Below are positions 22,881 to 35,473 of a DNA stretch of 64,000 bases, piece by piece. The DNA comes from the human T2T-CHM13v2.0 reference genome, Homo sapiens. The translations under genes and the position numbers were made by a program. The notes under the pieces are model-generated. The model worked only from the letters and a program-made list of their open reading frames with translations, was not told the DNA's origin and searched no databases. The DNA is taken from assembly GCF_009914755.1 (NCBI RefSeq), contig NC_060929.1, one strand, 5' to 3'. Numbering within the stretch: position 1 is the first letter of the stretch; every line of letters starts with the position of its first letter.

Positions 22881-25111
22881 GGGTGGGGTAAGGAGGAGAA
22901 AATAAACCAACAATTAGGTCTGCATTTTCTCAGGCAGTAGGCATTCTTTAGTCTACATAGGCAAAGTTTTCCATTTTTGTCAGTCTGAGTCATCAAAAAG
23001 AGTCTTAATTTTCTAAAACAAGTTGGCTAGAAGAAAGTAAAAAGAACAACACTTGTTATGAGGGCATGTGATATTTTCACATCTTAATTAAGCTCCTTCA
23101 GTTTGAAGGCTGCACACTGACATAATGTAGTGAGTGTAGACTGGCCATGCAAGTGGTTTGGGCCCCATTCAGAACTCTCAGACTCTAAACACACAAGTAG
23201 ATTGATCTAAGGCATGCTCCCAGCATTTGTCCACCCACTTAGTCCACTCTGAGTCGATTAACCTGCATGCAGCAACACCCAAGTCCACCCCAATTAACTG
23301 AAGCAAATACCAAAGCAGTTGGGAGTACATATGGTAGACAATTTGCCTTAGGAAGTGACTTGAATGTACAAAGATACTTGATGCACTTATTTTTTAATGT
23401 GAGACAGCAAGTTTATAAAACATCCATATAGGATTATAGATACTTAAAGGAACACGTGGGTGAGCGTGTGTGGGGGTACTAGAAGCTGATCTGATTGGTC
23501 CAACAGTTTGATGCTGAGTCATGCGTGTTGAATCCCACTTCAGTGCACCTGTGGCCTCTCAGTCAAACAAGTTGTGCCTTTCACAGCTTCTTTACTACTG
23601 CAAGTTCAAGACTGAAATGGCTTCTATGATCAGAACTGGGAAAACAGTGAATCTTATGGTGGAAGAGGTTCTCAGCAAGTGTACAGTATTTACCTTCCTT
23701 TGTCTTACATTGGCTTTTTAAATTTTCCATTAATTTCAACATAATTATGGGAACAAGTGTACAGAAGAATTTTTTTTTTAAGATATGTGAGAACTTTTCA
23801 TAGATGAACTTTTTAACAAATGTTTTCATTTACAGGAAATTGCAAAGAAAATTCTCAAGTGATAGTCTTTTTTTTTAAGTGTTTCGTAAGACAAAAATTG
23901 AATAATGTTTTTTGAAGTTCTGGCAAGATTGAAGTCTGATATTGCAGTAATGATATTTATTAAAAACCCATAACTACCAGGAATAATGATACCTCCCACC
24001 CCTTGATTCCCATAACATAAAAGTGCTACTTGAGAGTGGGGGAGAATGGCATGGTAGGCTACTTTTCAGGGCCTTGACAAGTACATCACCCAGTGGTATC
24101 CTACATACTTCTTTCAAGATCTTCAACCATGAGGTAAAAGAGCCAAGTTCAAAGAACCCTAGCACAAATTTGCTTTGGGATTTTCTTTTCTGGAAAAAAA
24201 AAATAAAAGAAATAGTACATTGAAAACAAATGAATTCTCAACTCCTACGGTTCATGTAGAGTTTAGAGAAAATTTCCATCATTGTCATCATTGAACTGTG
24301 AACCTGGGAAGCCAGATCATGATTAACACTGACATCAAGTTTCAAGTTGCAGATCAATGCACCCAGTGTTCAGATGAGGCAAACTTCTCCGTGACAACTG
24401 TGCTGTGCTCTGTCACATTACATTTCCTGCAGACTCTAAGATCTACGGAGTAGAGAACAATGACCTCATTTTATTTTCTATGTTAGTTATTTATTTCAAA
24501 ATTAACATTTTAGTTGATTTTTGTCTGATAAGTCTATGTTTTGCACTGCTAACTATGATGAGGGTTTAAAAAAATGCTTCTTCAGGGTCCTTTCACTGAG
24601 GACCTATGCAGTCTACTTAATGCTGTGAATTACATTTTTCAAATGTTTAATTTTTTAAAGAAAATTAATATTCTATTTTTGTTAGGCTTCTCTAGAAATG
24701 CAGCTTTTATTTATTACCCCATTTCTTTCAAGTCCTTGGAAAATAACATATTAAGGGTACAAGAAATTAACACATGATGGAAAAGTCATTGTGACGCCAA
24801 TGAATTTCATTGAGTATAAACTCATCTACTTCAAATTTATTTTATAAGACAACCTAAGATACTCAAGATAATTATTTAATGGTTAGCTCTTAAGTTGAAT
24901 TGGTCTACATAATGCGTGGGAAGAAAACCAGATTTTTAGCCTTCTTGCCAAATCCAGACCTCTGGTTGATTTTTCTTTGACAGAAGATGCAAGTTATTTT
25001 CCAATTTCACAATTAAATGTATTTAACATGAACATTATTTTGCTTTAAAAACTATAAACATTGTAGGAGAATTATAGCCAGTCTTCAGTTATAACCACTC
25101 CACCCTCCTCA

Positions 25112-25151
25112 CTTTCTCTCTCTCTCTCTCTTTTTTTTTTTTTTTTTTTTT
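25112..25151 (+). repeat. (CT)n followed by a poly-T run in the MAP1B 3'UTR
   Basis: ctttctctctctctctctc followed by a run of about 21 T. Confidence 0.9.
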
Positions 25152-26710
25152 GCTATGGGATTTAATGGGAAAAATATGTAAAAACTGTCACTAGTCAGCT
25201 GGCTCTTTTTCCTATGAAATCTATCAGTACCTTTCTCCATCCGTTGTTCTCAATATGACCACAGAGCCTGAGTATACCAAGAAAACCAATATTCGCATTA
25301 CAGGTTGCTCCTGTCCTTCCAGACACCTTTCCTGCCTGTGTGACTAACCTAATTTTGCTAGTTCCATAAATACACGATTAGTTTAGTAACAGCCATCACA
25401 ATGTACCATGTACATTCATGGTGAGAGCTAAAGATCGACACAGACTTCTAGGAGCTTTGTTCATACTGATTACTTAATCCAATTGTATAGATTGAATATT
25501 TGAGTGGAAGGAATTTACACTCTGTTTAAATGATGGGATTCTATCGAGATAGCACTCATGATCATGACCTTTTTGGTAGTATTCTTAAACAAAATTCTAC
25601 AGAGACTAAATGTTAGCGATGATCCTCCATTTTCAATTTTAACCAATTCTGTCCCCTTTCTCAAAACCCTGAGCCCTGTGCATGCTTTCTCAGTCTTGTG
25701 GTGGGACTGGATACAATGACTAACTTCCCCTCCTCCCCTCTTTAAACACCATTTTCCATGGAGTTCAAAAAAATTTTTTTTCTTAACGTTACATATCATA
25801 GTGAATGGTTTCCCCAGTGTATATGAATGTTTTAAGTGTCTCCAATAGCTTATGCAGTCTAGGAGCTTTCCAATACTCATTTAATTAAGATTTAATCATT
25901 TGCTAATGGAAATCTTACCACCTTTCATTTTCCCTCTGTTACCAAATTTCAGCTCTTAGGAGCTGCTCTACAATTCTGAATTTGCTTTTCTTGCCTCTCT
26001 TTAGTCACCTGTCACAGGAGGTTCCTGCTCAGTAATGATATTGTGAGTTAGGATAATAACTTTTTTTTTTTGTGCTTCAGATTTAGAAGAAAAGATCCTG
26101 TTTCCATTTGAAAGGAACTGTAAGCTTTTATCTTTTAACCAACTGAACAATACACCAAAAGCAGCCTAGGGATGAGCATTTCTTTGAAAGCAATTAGGTT
26201 ATTCACCTGGTATTAAAACTATTTACTGTTAAAAAATCTGTGACTTCATGAAGTTGATTTTTAAAGGCAGCATCAAAAACTGAAAAGGAAGGGAAAAAAT
26301 AGGCAGCTTCTCTGCACTTGTTTGGAGCTCCCCAAAACAGGAGCCATGGAGAAGTGGCATCAAGACCGGGCTGCCCTTTCGAGAACACCCTGTGGCAGTT
26401 CAGAGACACGCTTTTCCTACACTGCATGCAGCCCCTCTTTCCAGCACTGGAAAGAAGTGGTCTTGAGCCCAGCTGAGAAGCACTTCACACTCCTCTCTCT
26501 TGTTCTGAATGGTGTTTGTGTCAGTCTGCAGCTGTGTATGGTATTATGTCTTATAATCCTGCATCACTTCTATCCTATCCAGTCATATCTAATGTAGAAA
26601 ATTAGTTTCCAGTGAAAGTAATATGTAGTGCTTTTATGATATTTGTGTGCAATATCCCCTCTTCCATTGAGGATATTTGATGTAAAGGAAAAAAAAAAAC
26701 TCAGTTCCAC

Positions 26711-26770
26711 AATAAAATACAAAAGTGGCAAAAGTTCATGTGTGTGCTGTGCTGTCTTTTGCTTTGTGTT
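26711..26770 (+). terminator. MAP1B: MAP1B distal polyadenylation signal AATAAA with GU/U-rich downstream element
   Basis: AATAAA at 26711-26716 followed by tgtgtgtgctgtgctgtcttttgctttgtgt at about 26739-26769. Confidence 0.85.
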
Positions 26771-27028
26771 CCTGAGTTGGGCTTTGCCACTCACGCAGAA
26801 TGCTGGGCAGTCAGGGCATGACGGCAGGGGGTGACTACGTTCTTTTCAAGATGGGCTCCCTGGCTTTTGGCAAACTGCCGAAAGCATCTTGCTAATGCTT
26901 GCAACTGCTACCTCGTTAACTTTTATAGCCAAGCTCTAGAGGATGTGAGCGTGTAAGGACAGAAACTGGGAGGTGAAGGGAAGGAACAATTAAAATTATT
27001 GCTTAAAAAAAAGAAAAAAAAAAGGATA

Positions 27029-27207
<179 letters not shown>

Positions 27208-27617
27208 ATAGACCAGACCAGAACCTGTCATATTCAGCAATTGTGCTCAGTACCTATCTTTTTCTTAGTTCCTTGCTCACTGTTACAGAATATCCTCTAT
27301 CTAACATAATATGTTGTGGATTTGACTCACACCCAGGAACTAGCAGTTGTTGGGAAAAAGTGATTATATATGTAGCAAAGAATACCTAACAAGAGGAGGA
27401 TTTCCTCCCTGTCATTCAAATGATTATTACACATTTACCCTGTACCTGGCAGTAGGTTATATTACAAGATATAACCTAACTGCTGCCCTAACTGATTGGG
27501 GGAAGACAGACCAGCAGAGGCAATGATACCACATCGTGATGGGGGCTCCTAAAATTCAAGAGCGAGCTTAGGTGACCATAGGAAAAGCACCGCAAATGAT
27601 GTCTCGGCTGAGCTCTG

Positions 27618-27620
<3 letters not shown>

Positions 27621-27664
<44 letters not shown>
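27621..27664 (+). repeat. (TG)22 microsatellite
   Basis: Perfect dinucleotide run. Confidence 0.98.
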
Positions 27665-27665
<1 letters not shown>

Positions 27666-28220
27666 ATTGGTTGGACCAAAAGTAAATTCCAGGCAGAGAC
27701 AAGAGCTCACACAGGGTCTCAGCAGAGAGCAGGATCAGCATATGTTAAGGAGCACAGACTGCTCACAATGGCAGCATGTAAATGGGGGAGGCCCTGGCAC
27801 TTCAGTTTCCCACCATGTGGCCACAAAAAACATGCCCATAAGGTTCTTAATAGAGACCTCCAAGACTGGGCCCTGCCTGTCTGCAGAGATGGTCCTTTAG
27901 CCTCAAAAGACCCCAGCAGCCTGTCCTGAGTTATTATGATATCCCTCTGTGTGTCATATCCACTCCTTTTGATCTTAACATTTCCCCTCCAAACCATGGG
28001 GCTACATTGAATGGTCCTATCAGAAATCACTGCTTGCTAAGAGGGATTCTGAAATCCCTCCAGAAATTAAAGGGTTAAGCATGTGAGCACTCAGGGTGGG
28101 AAATCATCACTTACAGATTTTAATTTCATCTATCAGACTCAAATTAAATAGTAAATAAGTTGTTTTCTATTCCACTGCCAAATTGTTCAGTTCCAGGAAG
28201 CCTTCCTTCTGGCCTGAAGC

Positions 28221-28333
28221 CAGGGTGGCCAACTATCTTGGTTTGCTCAGGACTGCCCTGATTTCAGCACTGAAAGTCCTGTGTCCCAGAAAACCCCTCA
28301 GTCCCTGGGAACCAGTGAGGGCTAGTCACCCTA
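28221..28333. mobile_element. MER81-like hAT MITE
   Basis: Terminal inverted repeats cagggtggcc / gtcacccta and an 8-bp TSD cctgaagc / cctgaacc. Confidence 0.8.
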
Positions 28334-28859
28334 CCTGAACCCTGCCCTGCTGTTTACATCCCCTTCTCCCCCCATCTAGGCACAATGGAGGGGGAAAAGT
28401 TGGCGGCAGCTTTCCTTCAGTTTCTTTTTTCCTATCTTCTGAGAAAATCAACAAAGGTCTGTTGAGGTCCTGTGATCATATTTTCTCTCTCTTCTTAATT
28501 GTACCGCTCATTCTGGATGATTTTCTATATCCCTACAATGCTTTTTTTAACACACTCCTGACTCATGAATTCTTGGTCCCTTGCATAATTCCAGAACTAT
28601 TTCCTCTTTGATCTTGTATTGTATGCCTTGGAAATTCACCGGAGCCATATATGCAGTTTTGGTCACACCTAGTTCGTTTAATATGAGCAGTTCTTCTGGA
28701 TACTTCTCCAGGGGTTACTGGCAATGTTTTCACAGATGGTGGAGCAGGGCTTCTGAGGTCTGCTTGATTCACAGGGAGATCTCGCCGTACACCAACAGAC
28801 ACAGCTCTATTTCACGGCTCAGATTGTCCCCACTAAAACCAGAAATGCATGCTGCTTTA

Positions 28860-29790
28860 ATGCAGTCTCAGGAATTTAAATGCCATGTGTAAACTGATGA
28901 TTTTTATAGTTATATCTGCAGCCTGTACATCATCCCTTACCTCCAAATTCATATATCCAGTGCCCATTAAAATCTCCATGTGGATATCCAATAGGAGTCT
29001 TTAAAATACCCTAAACCAAATGTAACATGTCCCCAAACAAACCCCTGATCTCCATTTGCAAACTGCTTCTCTCCTAGGCTTTTCTACCTCAGTAAATGGC
29101 AAATACATATTCTTGTTGTTCAGGCCAAAAATTTTGGCCCATCAGCAAATCAACTGGCCGGCAAGTACTGCTGGCTTGACCTTCAAAATATATCAGTCTG
29201 ATACCTTCTCCTCACATTCACGGTTACTACCCTTGTCCAAGTCAATCATTTCTCTCCTGGTTTATTGCAGGAGCATCCTAATTGACCTTCCGGTTTCCTA
29301 TCTTTGCCCTCCTAGCTTATTCTCCATGTTGCAGCTACAGTAGAGTAATCCTCTAAAAATGTTAAGTCAGATCATGCCACCCATGCTCAAAGCTCTTGAG
29401 TAAGTTCTCATCTTAGAGTAAAAGCCAATGTCTTTACTGATGGGCTAAGAAGGCTTACACAATTCATTCCTCCTCTACCCCTTCTCTCCGACTTCATTTC
29501 CCACTTCTTTCCACCTTACACATTCTGCTCCAGCCATACTGGCCTCCTTGCTATTCCTCAGGCATTCAGCCTTTCATCTCAAGGCCTTTATGCTATTTCC
29601 TTTGCTCAACATGCATTTTCTCCAGGTGATTCCACGGTTTTCAATCTCACCCATGTGGGTTTTTGTTCAAATGTCATTTTCTCAGGAAGGCCTTCCCTAA
29701 CCACCTTATCTTAAGTTGCAATCTCCACCATTTACCTAGCACTCTCTTTTTCTCTACCTTCCTGGTCTCCATATGACTATTATTTTTGTG
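28860..29790 (+). mobile_element. L2 LINE fragment
   Basis: L2-like ORF2/3' motifs (taagtcagatcatgcc, ctgctccagccatactggcctccttgct, aaatgtca..ctcaggaaggccttccct). Boundaries are approximate. Confidence 0.7.
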
Positions 29791-29807
29791 ATCAAGGTTG
29801 GGGCAAA

Positions 29808-30059
29808 GCCCAGTGTGGTGGCTCACACCTGTAATCCCAGCACTTTGGGAGGCCAAGGCGGGTGGATCACTTGAGGTCAGGAGTTTGAGACCAGCCTCAC
29901 CAACGTGGTGAAACCTCGTCTCTAGTGAAAATACAAAAATTAACCAGGCGTGGTGGTGCGTACCTGTAATCCCAGCCACTCAGGAGGCTGAGGCAGGAGA
30001 ATCCAGCCTGGGTAACAGAGTGAGACTCTGTCTCAAAAAAAAAAAAAAAAAAAAAAAAA
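29808..30059 (+). mobile_element. AluS-like element with an internal deletion in the right arm
   Basis: gaggcaggagaat is joined directly to ccagcctgggtaacagag, followed by a long A tail. Confidence 0.92.
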
Positions 30060-31194
30060 GATGGGAACTAATGAGCCAGAGCCTGGGAAACACTCATACC
30101 CAGCAGTGGCCCAGCATGCTATCAATGGAGGACATTTGTAATGGGCATTAATGGTCTATTCTACCTACTATCATATGCATATTCACTTTGGAGGGTGTTT
30201 TAAGGATTAGAAGTTTGAACTCTGCAGAGATGAAGCATCATGGGAAATAAAAGCCAAAAAACCAAACAATTCTACCACTGAGGGCATCAGAGGATATAAT
30301 ACCCCTTTTATACATCTTCATCATAGTCCTTGATCCAGCATTTAAAATCCATGATGAAATTTATTTTCAGGTGCTTTTTACAAGAATAAACTTCTTGTTT
30401 TCTGAATATGTCCAGCTCAGATCTGGACTCTCTTTTGTACATAATAATCACACAGCTCAAGCAATGATTTTGTTTTAAACAAAGATCCTAGTGGTTACTG
30501 CCACAACCTCAGCAGCGTTGCCACCATCGTTTGTTTGGATTTCCCTGTTACCACACAGGTAATAACATCCTCAAAGCAGTATGCAGTATCAGCAAAAAGG
30601 CCAAATCAATGGGGAATAAGAGGTTATTTTCAAGCTAAGAGGCTGTTATTTAGAATAAAAGGAAATTTTGCTTTGTTGAAAAGCGCTCCTTTCCAACCAT
30701 TTCCTAAAGCAAAATTTTAAAAATTGATCATTTTCAGAATTCGAAAAGCTCATGAAAATACAACCACACCACATTTTCTGCTTTGATGACTCACTAAAGT
30801 CAAAGCTCTCTGAGACCTTTTTCCACTTCATCTCTTTCTCACCTATGCGCAGGGTGCCAGCAGAATCACCTTCCACTGACTCACGCAAGGTCACTTCACA
30901 GCATCTACATTTTGGAACTCAAAAGTCCTACTCCAGTTACAACCAGACAGCAAAACCATACAAATCACCATTTACTCTTTTCCCTAATGGATCTTACTTA
31001 GGAAGAATAATGGCCTACTCTGCATCATTGCATATTTTATATTTATATTCAGAGTTAGACAAGAAACAGCTACTATTATTCTTCTAGCCTGAAATATCAT
31101 TTGTGAATGAGCTATTTGCTACAAATATCATTGTTGGGTCTCATCTACATTCCCTGAAAAAGTCCTGTGAATGCTCCATCTGTAAACCCTAGGC

Positions 31195-31439
31195 CAGGGT
31201 TTCTAACGTCGGCACTACTAACATCTTGGACCAGATAGCTCCTTGTTGTGAGGGACTGTCCTGTGCACTGTAAGATGTTTAGCAGCATCCTTGACCTCTA
31301 CGAACGAGATGCTAATAGCAGCCCCTCAAAATACCTTGACATTATCAAATGTCAGATGCTAATAGCAGCCTAATCAAAAATACATTGGCATTACCAAACG
31401 TCCCCTGGAAACAAAATCACTCTTGGTTGAGAACCACTG
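31195..31439. mobile_element. MER20-like hAT element with an internal tandem duplication
   Basis: cagggtttctaac...ggttgagaaccactg termini and an 8-bp TSD ccctaggc / ccctgggc. Confidence 0.8.
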
Positions 31440-31561
31440 CCCTGGGCTTACTCCTGGTCATCTGCAGACAGTTCTCCACCAGTGGATGGTGTTTCTCTAA
31501 CGACACCTTTCAACTGTGTGTTGACAGGTGCGAATGTGCCAGCCTCACTAGAATCTAAGTT

Positions 31562-31921
31562 CTTCCTGGTCTCTGCCCAAGGGTGTTTCCTGGTCATGGG
31601 AGTGTGATGGCGCTGCACTAGGAGTAGGCTATAGTGCTCCCAACCCATGAGGGAATAGACTGAATGGGCAAATACTTAGCTGCTTCCTTGCCTTTCAGAG
31701 GAACTGCTGAGGTGTGCTCTTCAGAGTCTCTCAGAGGGTCCACAGCAAGAATGAGCTGGTTTCCACAATCCACTCAATTATGCACCCTTTGTTGGCTCTC
31801 CTTTCTACCCTGTCTCAATTTCTCCTTCCCTCACCTGCTTTAGTAAGATCACCTCCAACTAATGCACCGGCACTCAATTTCTGTCTCCTGTCTTGCTTTA
31901 GGGGGAACCTAAACTGAGACA
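31562..31921 (+). mobile_element. ERVL-type LTR remnant (LTR16-like)
   Basis: 3' end tgctttagggggaacctaaactgagaca and cacctgc..gatcacctcc motifs. The family is tentative. Confidence 0.55.
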
Positions 31922-32699
31922 GTGATCTTCCGAGTTTGGGACTGCACTTTAGGAGTCAGATATGGGTTTGACCCTGGCTCTCCAATTCACAGAGGGAAAC
32001 CCTGGCATTTAATCACTTCTCTAAGTCTTTGTTATCTTGTATATAGAAAGAGCTGTAATAATGGGCATATTCTTGTGGGTTAAATAAGATCATGCATACA
32101 AAAATTTAATATGGCACTTGGCTATAGATGGTCAATAAACATTGGCTTTTATTATTGGTCTATAAATGATAAGATTTGTGTTACAGCTTCATCACTTCCT
32201 AACTCCCTGCTTTGAGGCAGGTGTGATATACATATGTAGAAGAGAATTCTGATATGATACACCATGCTCACCCCCCTATTTTTTCCCCACAAACCTTCCT
32301 CCTGGTGTCAATTTTGGCTTACACTACACTTCGTAGAAATCCAAAGAGGCTTTCTTTGGCATTAAACTACCTCAGCTTAGGACATACGGCTTCTAGCATC
32401 TCAGAATTTCTGCTGGGAATTATACCTCAGTTGGAGGACTTTCCTTTTAACCTAATAAAAAATAATTCATTCAATAAATGTTTATAAGCCCCCTCCTCAT
32501 GGTAATGCCTGTTCTGTGTGTTGGGCCACAACCATGAACAAGACACACAGAGTGCCTGTCTTCATGGAGTTTAAAGTCTAGGGCCAATCTCACCAATTAG
32601 TTCTAAATAATTAATTCAGAATCCATAAAATGCTTAAGGGGTTTAACACTCCAGGGGGTGTTGCAGACTTGCTGCAACAATGGCTCATAAAAAAAGCCT

Positions 32700-33227
32700 G
32701 GAGAAAGGGATAGCCTGAACTGAGAACCACTGAAATACCCGAATTGACCTGGCAGATCCAGGAGAAAAGGATTACAAGTCTCAGGGTAGCCTCCTGGAGT
32801 GGATACATATATCACAGGAAGCCAGAAGACCCAGCAGAGAACTATGTTCCCTCGAGGGCCAGGTGGCACGCCGCTCATCGAGGCCATTGGGAATGCACTG
32901 GGGAAGGGCACTGGTGAGCAGGCACCTGTGTCACCAGGTTTGGTAGCAGACTAGAACTCACAATAGAAAAGGAGGTTATGCTTGGTGTTGTTGGCAATAG
33001 GGATGATGGGTGTTGAAAATCTCCCCCCTCAAGCAATAGAGGCTAGGCGGTGGTGCTTCCTCCCTCCTTTCCTTTTGCAGATGTAGGACCTCCACCTGAA
33101 GGCTTTCCTCACCCAATCCCAATTCCACCTCCTTTCATTTTTCACAGGCTTTATCCCCCCAAAACTGCTTTCACTGTTACCTCTGACTCTGATGCTGATC
33201 TGCTTCCTGGGGGGCCTAAGTGACACA
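32700..33227 (+). mobile_element. Second ERVL-type LTR remnant
   Basis: 3' end tctgcttcctggggggcctaagtgacaca. The 5' boundary is uncertain. Confidence 0.45.
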
Positions 33228-33447
33228 ATGAGCTTCTAGAAATGTTTTTCATACCTAATTCTAAGTTCTCTGTTCCACCACAGCAGCTGCTTTTCCTTTC
33301 CTCAGTGGTTAAAATAAGAGAGTTTCCCAAAGCTCATCAGATACCTGCAGCAAAAAGAAAAAAGTAGAATGCTGCAGTATATTTTCAGGGAAGATGCACA
33401 AAAGTAAAGACAACAAAGAATGGCAAAACTAATTGTTTTCAGTGTGA

Positions 33448-33740
<293 letters not shown>

Positions 33741-35067
33741 TATAATCAACTTATTTTCAAGGCCTCTGACTACTTCTTGTAGAATCTAAACCAATCTTCT
33801 CACACACCTACCTGATTCCACAGCCAACGAGAAGGTCGGAAAACAGGATGCAAGGCTGGGTGCCAAGGCAACACAGCACTGAGGGGAGGATAATACCTTA
33901 TCATTTTTCTTTCTTTTCTTCTTTCCACCGCCTTGCTTTTTTTTCCTTTTTATGGCCAAGGTAAGTATGGGATGTGGGCCAAAACAAGTTTAATCTGAAT
34001 TGTTCATTTTAGCTTAATTTAAAGTATTTTCTCATGAACACATCACACAAGCCTCTGTGGAAAGAGGACCCCAGGGCAGCTTGAGGCACTCATATGTGAC
34101 TAATTAATGCACAAAGCAGGCAATTAATTCCCTTCATTAGAGTTTTTCCCATCACTGGGCTTAAAGTGATCTTCCTGTGAACTCCCACATACATTAACTG
34201 TTTGTCTAACGACACCTTTCAGCTGTGTATTGACGGGTGTGGATGTGCCAGCCTCACTAGAATCTAAGTTATTTGAGGGTAAAATCTATAGTTTATTCAT
34301 CCTTGTAAACTCCATAGCACTTGTATAGTGCCTTGTACACAGTATACACCGAACACTTGAGAGCTTGCGAAAGCAGTGCTGGAACAGACAGTAAGTCTGC
34401 TGCAGACAGCAAGCTTATAAGGGGTGGTCAGTGGTACCAAATGGAGCAGAGCATTTAAAAGGAAAAAAAAAAAAAAAGATCACTGTAGTTGATGACCATG
34501 TTGTGCAGCAGAGTGGTAAAGCTATAAGCCAAATTCTCAGCCTCTAATGAATGAACAATGAGCCAGTAAGTGTAGATACCCTTTCAAGAAGTTTGGAGAC
34601 ATAAGGAAGGAGACATAGCATGACAGCTTGACTGATGGCAGGGTAAAGGATTTTTTGCTGTTAAAAAGTGTTGAATAAGGTCTTGAATAAGACTGTAGAC
34701 TTAGAAGAAGAAATCAACAGAGATGCTATAAGACGGAAAGGGAATGCTTGAATGTGTAGAACAGGTGGGCAGGTATGGGCCAAGGTCACAAATGAAGAGC
34801 CTAAGCTTTGAAAGGAGGGAGGGGATACCTATTATTTGAAAGTAGGAAGGATGATGGAGAGAACATCTGCTTGTAGTTCTGAGGGCAGGGCTTCGAGCTA
34901 ACGCAGAACAGAAAAGCTATGGAAGCAAAAATGAGAGTCAATTAAAGGAAGGACTATTGAGTTGAAGAGAACAGCCATAATTTTGTAGAAGAATCTAATC
35001 AGCCTAATATTATGACTTTATATATCTACACTTAGTAAGTCAGAACCAAAGAGAAAATGAATGGTGG

Positions 35068-35473
35068 TGTTATCAGTTTCCTAGGGCTGCAGTAACAAAG
35101 TACCAAAAATGGTGTGGCTTAAAATAACAGTTCTGAAGGCTAGAACTCAGAAATCAAGGTGTCTGCAGGGCCAAGCTTTCTCTGACGGCTCTAGGGGAGA
35201 AGCGTCCTTACCCCTTCTAACTTCTGGTGTTTGCTGGCAAGCCTTGGTGTTCCTGGGCCTGTACGGTCACATGCTCATCTTCCCTCTGTGAGTCTGTGTG
35301 TGCAAATTTCCCCTTTTAAAAAAACACCAAATTGGATCAGGCTGACCCTGATGATCTCACTCTATATTTGATTACCTCAGTACAAACTTATTTCCAACTA
35401 AGGTCAGATTCTAAGGGACTGGGGATTAGGGATACAACTTACCTTTTTTAGGGAACACAATTCTACCCATAAT
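35068..35473 (-). mobile_element. MLT1 (MaLR) LTR
   Basis: agtttcctagggctgcagtaacaaagtacca...aaatcaaggtgtctgcagggcc...cacaattctacccata, typical of MLT1. Confidence 0.8.

Larger units (their letters stand above)
22408..26735 (+). other. MAP1B: MAP1B long 3'UTR (~4.3 kb)
   Basis: AU-rich stretch with no obvious interspersed repeat, running from the stop codon to AATAAA at 26711. The end is approximate. Confidence 0.85.

Noticed and set aside
27488-27929. HT/CV dipeptide-repeat ORFs (also 59697-60061)
   Set aside because: Translations of (TG)n/(CA)n microsatellites.
29674-29979. Alu-derived ORFs (also 2596-2820, 33420-33629, 37393-37693, 41363-41692, 58185-58424)
   Set aside because: Typical translations of Alu sequence.
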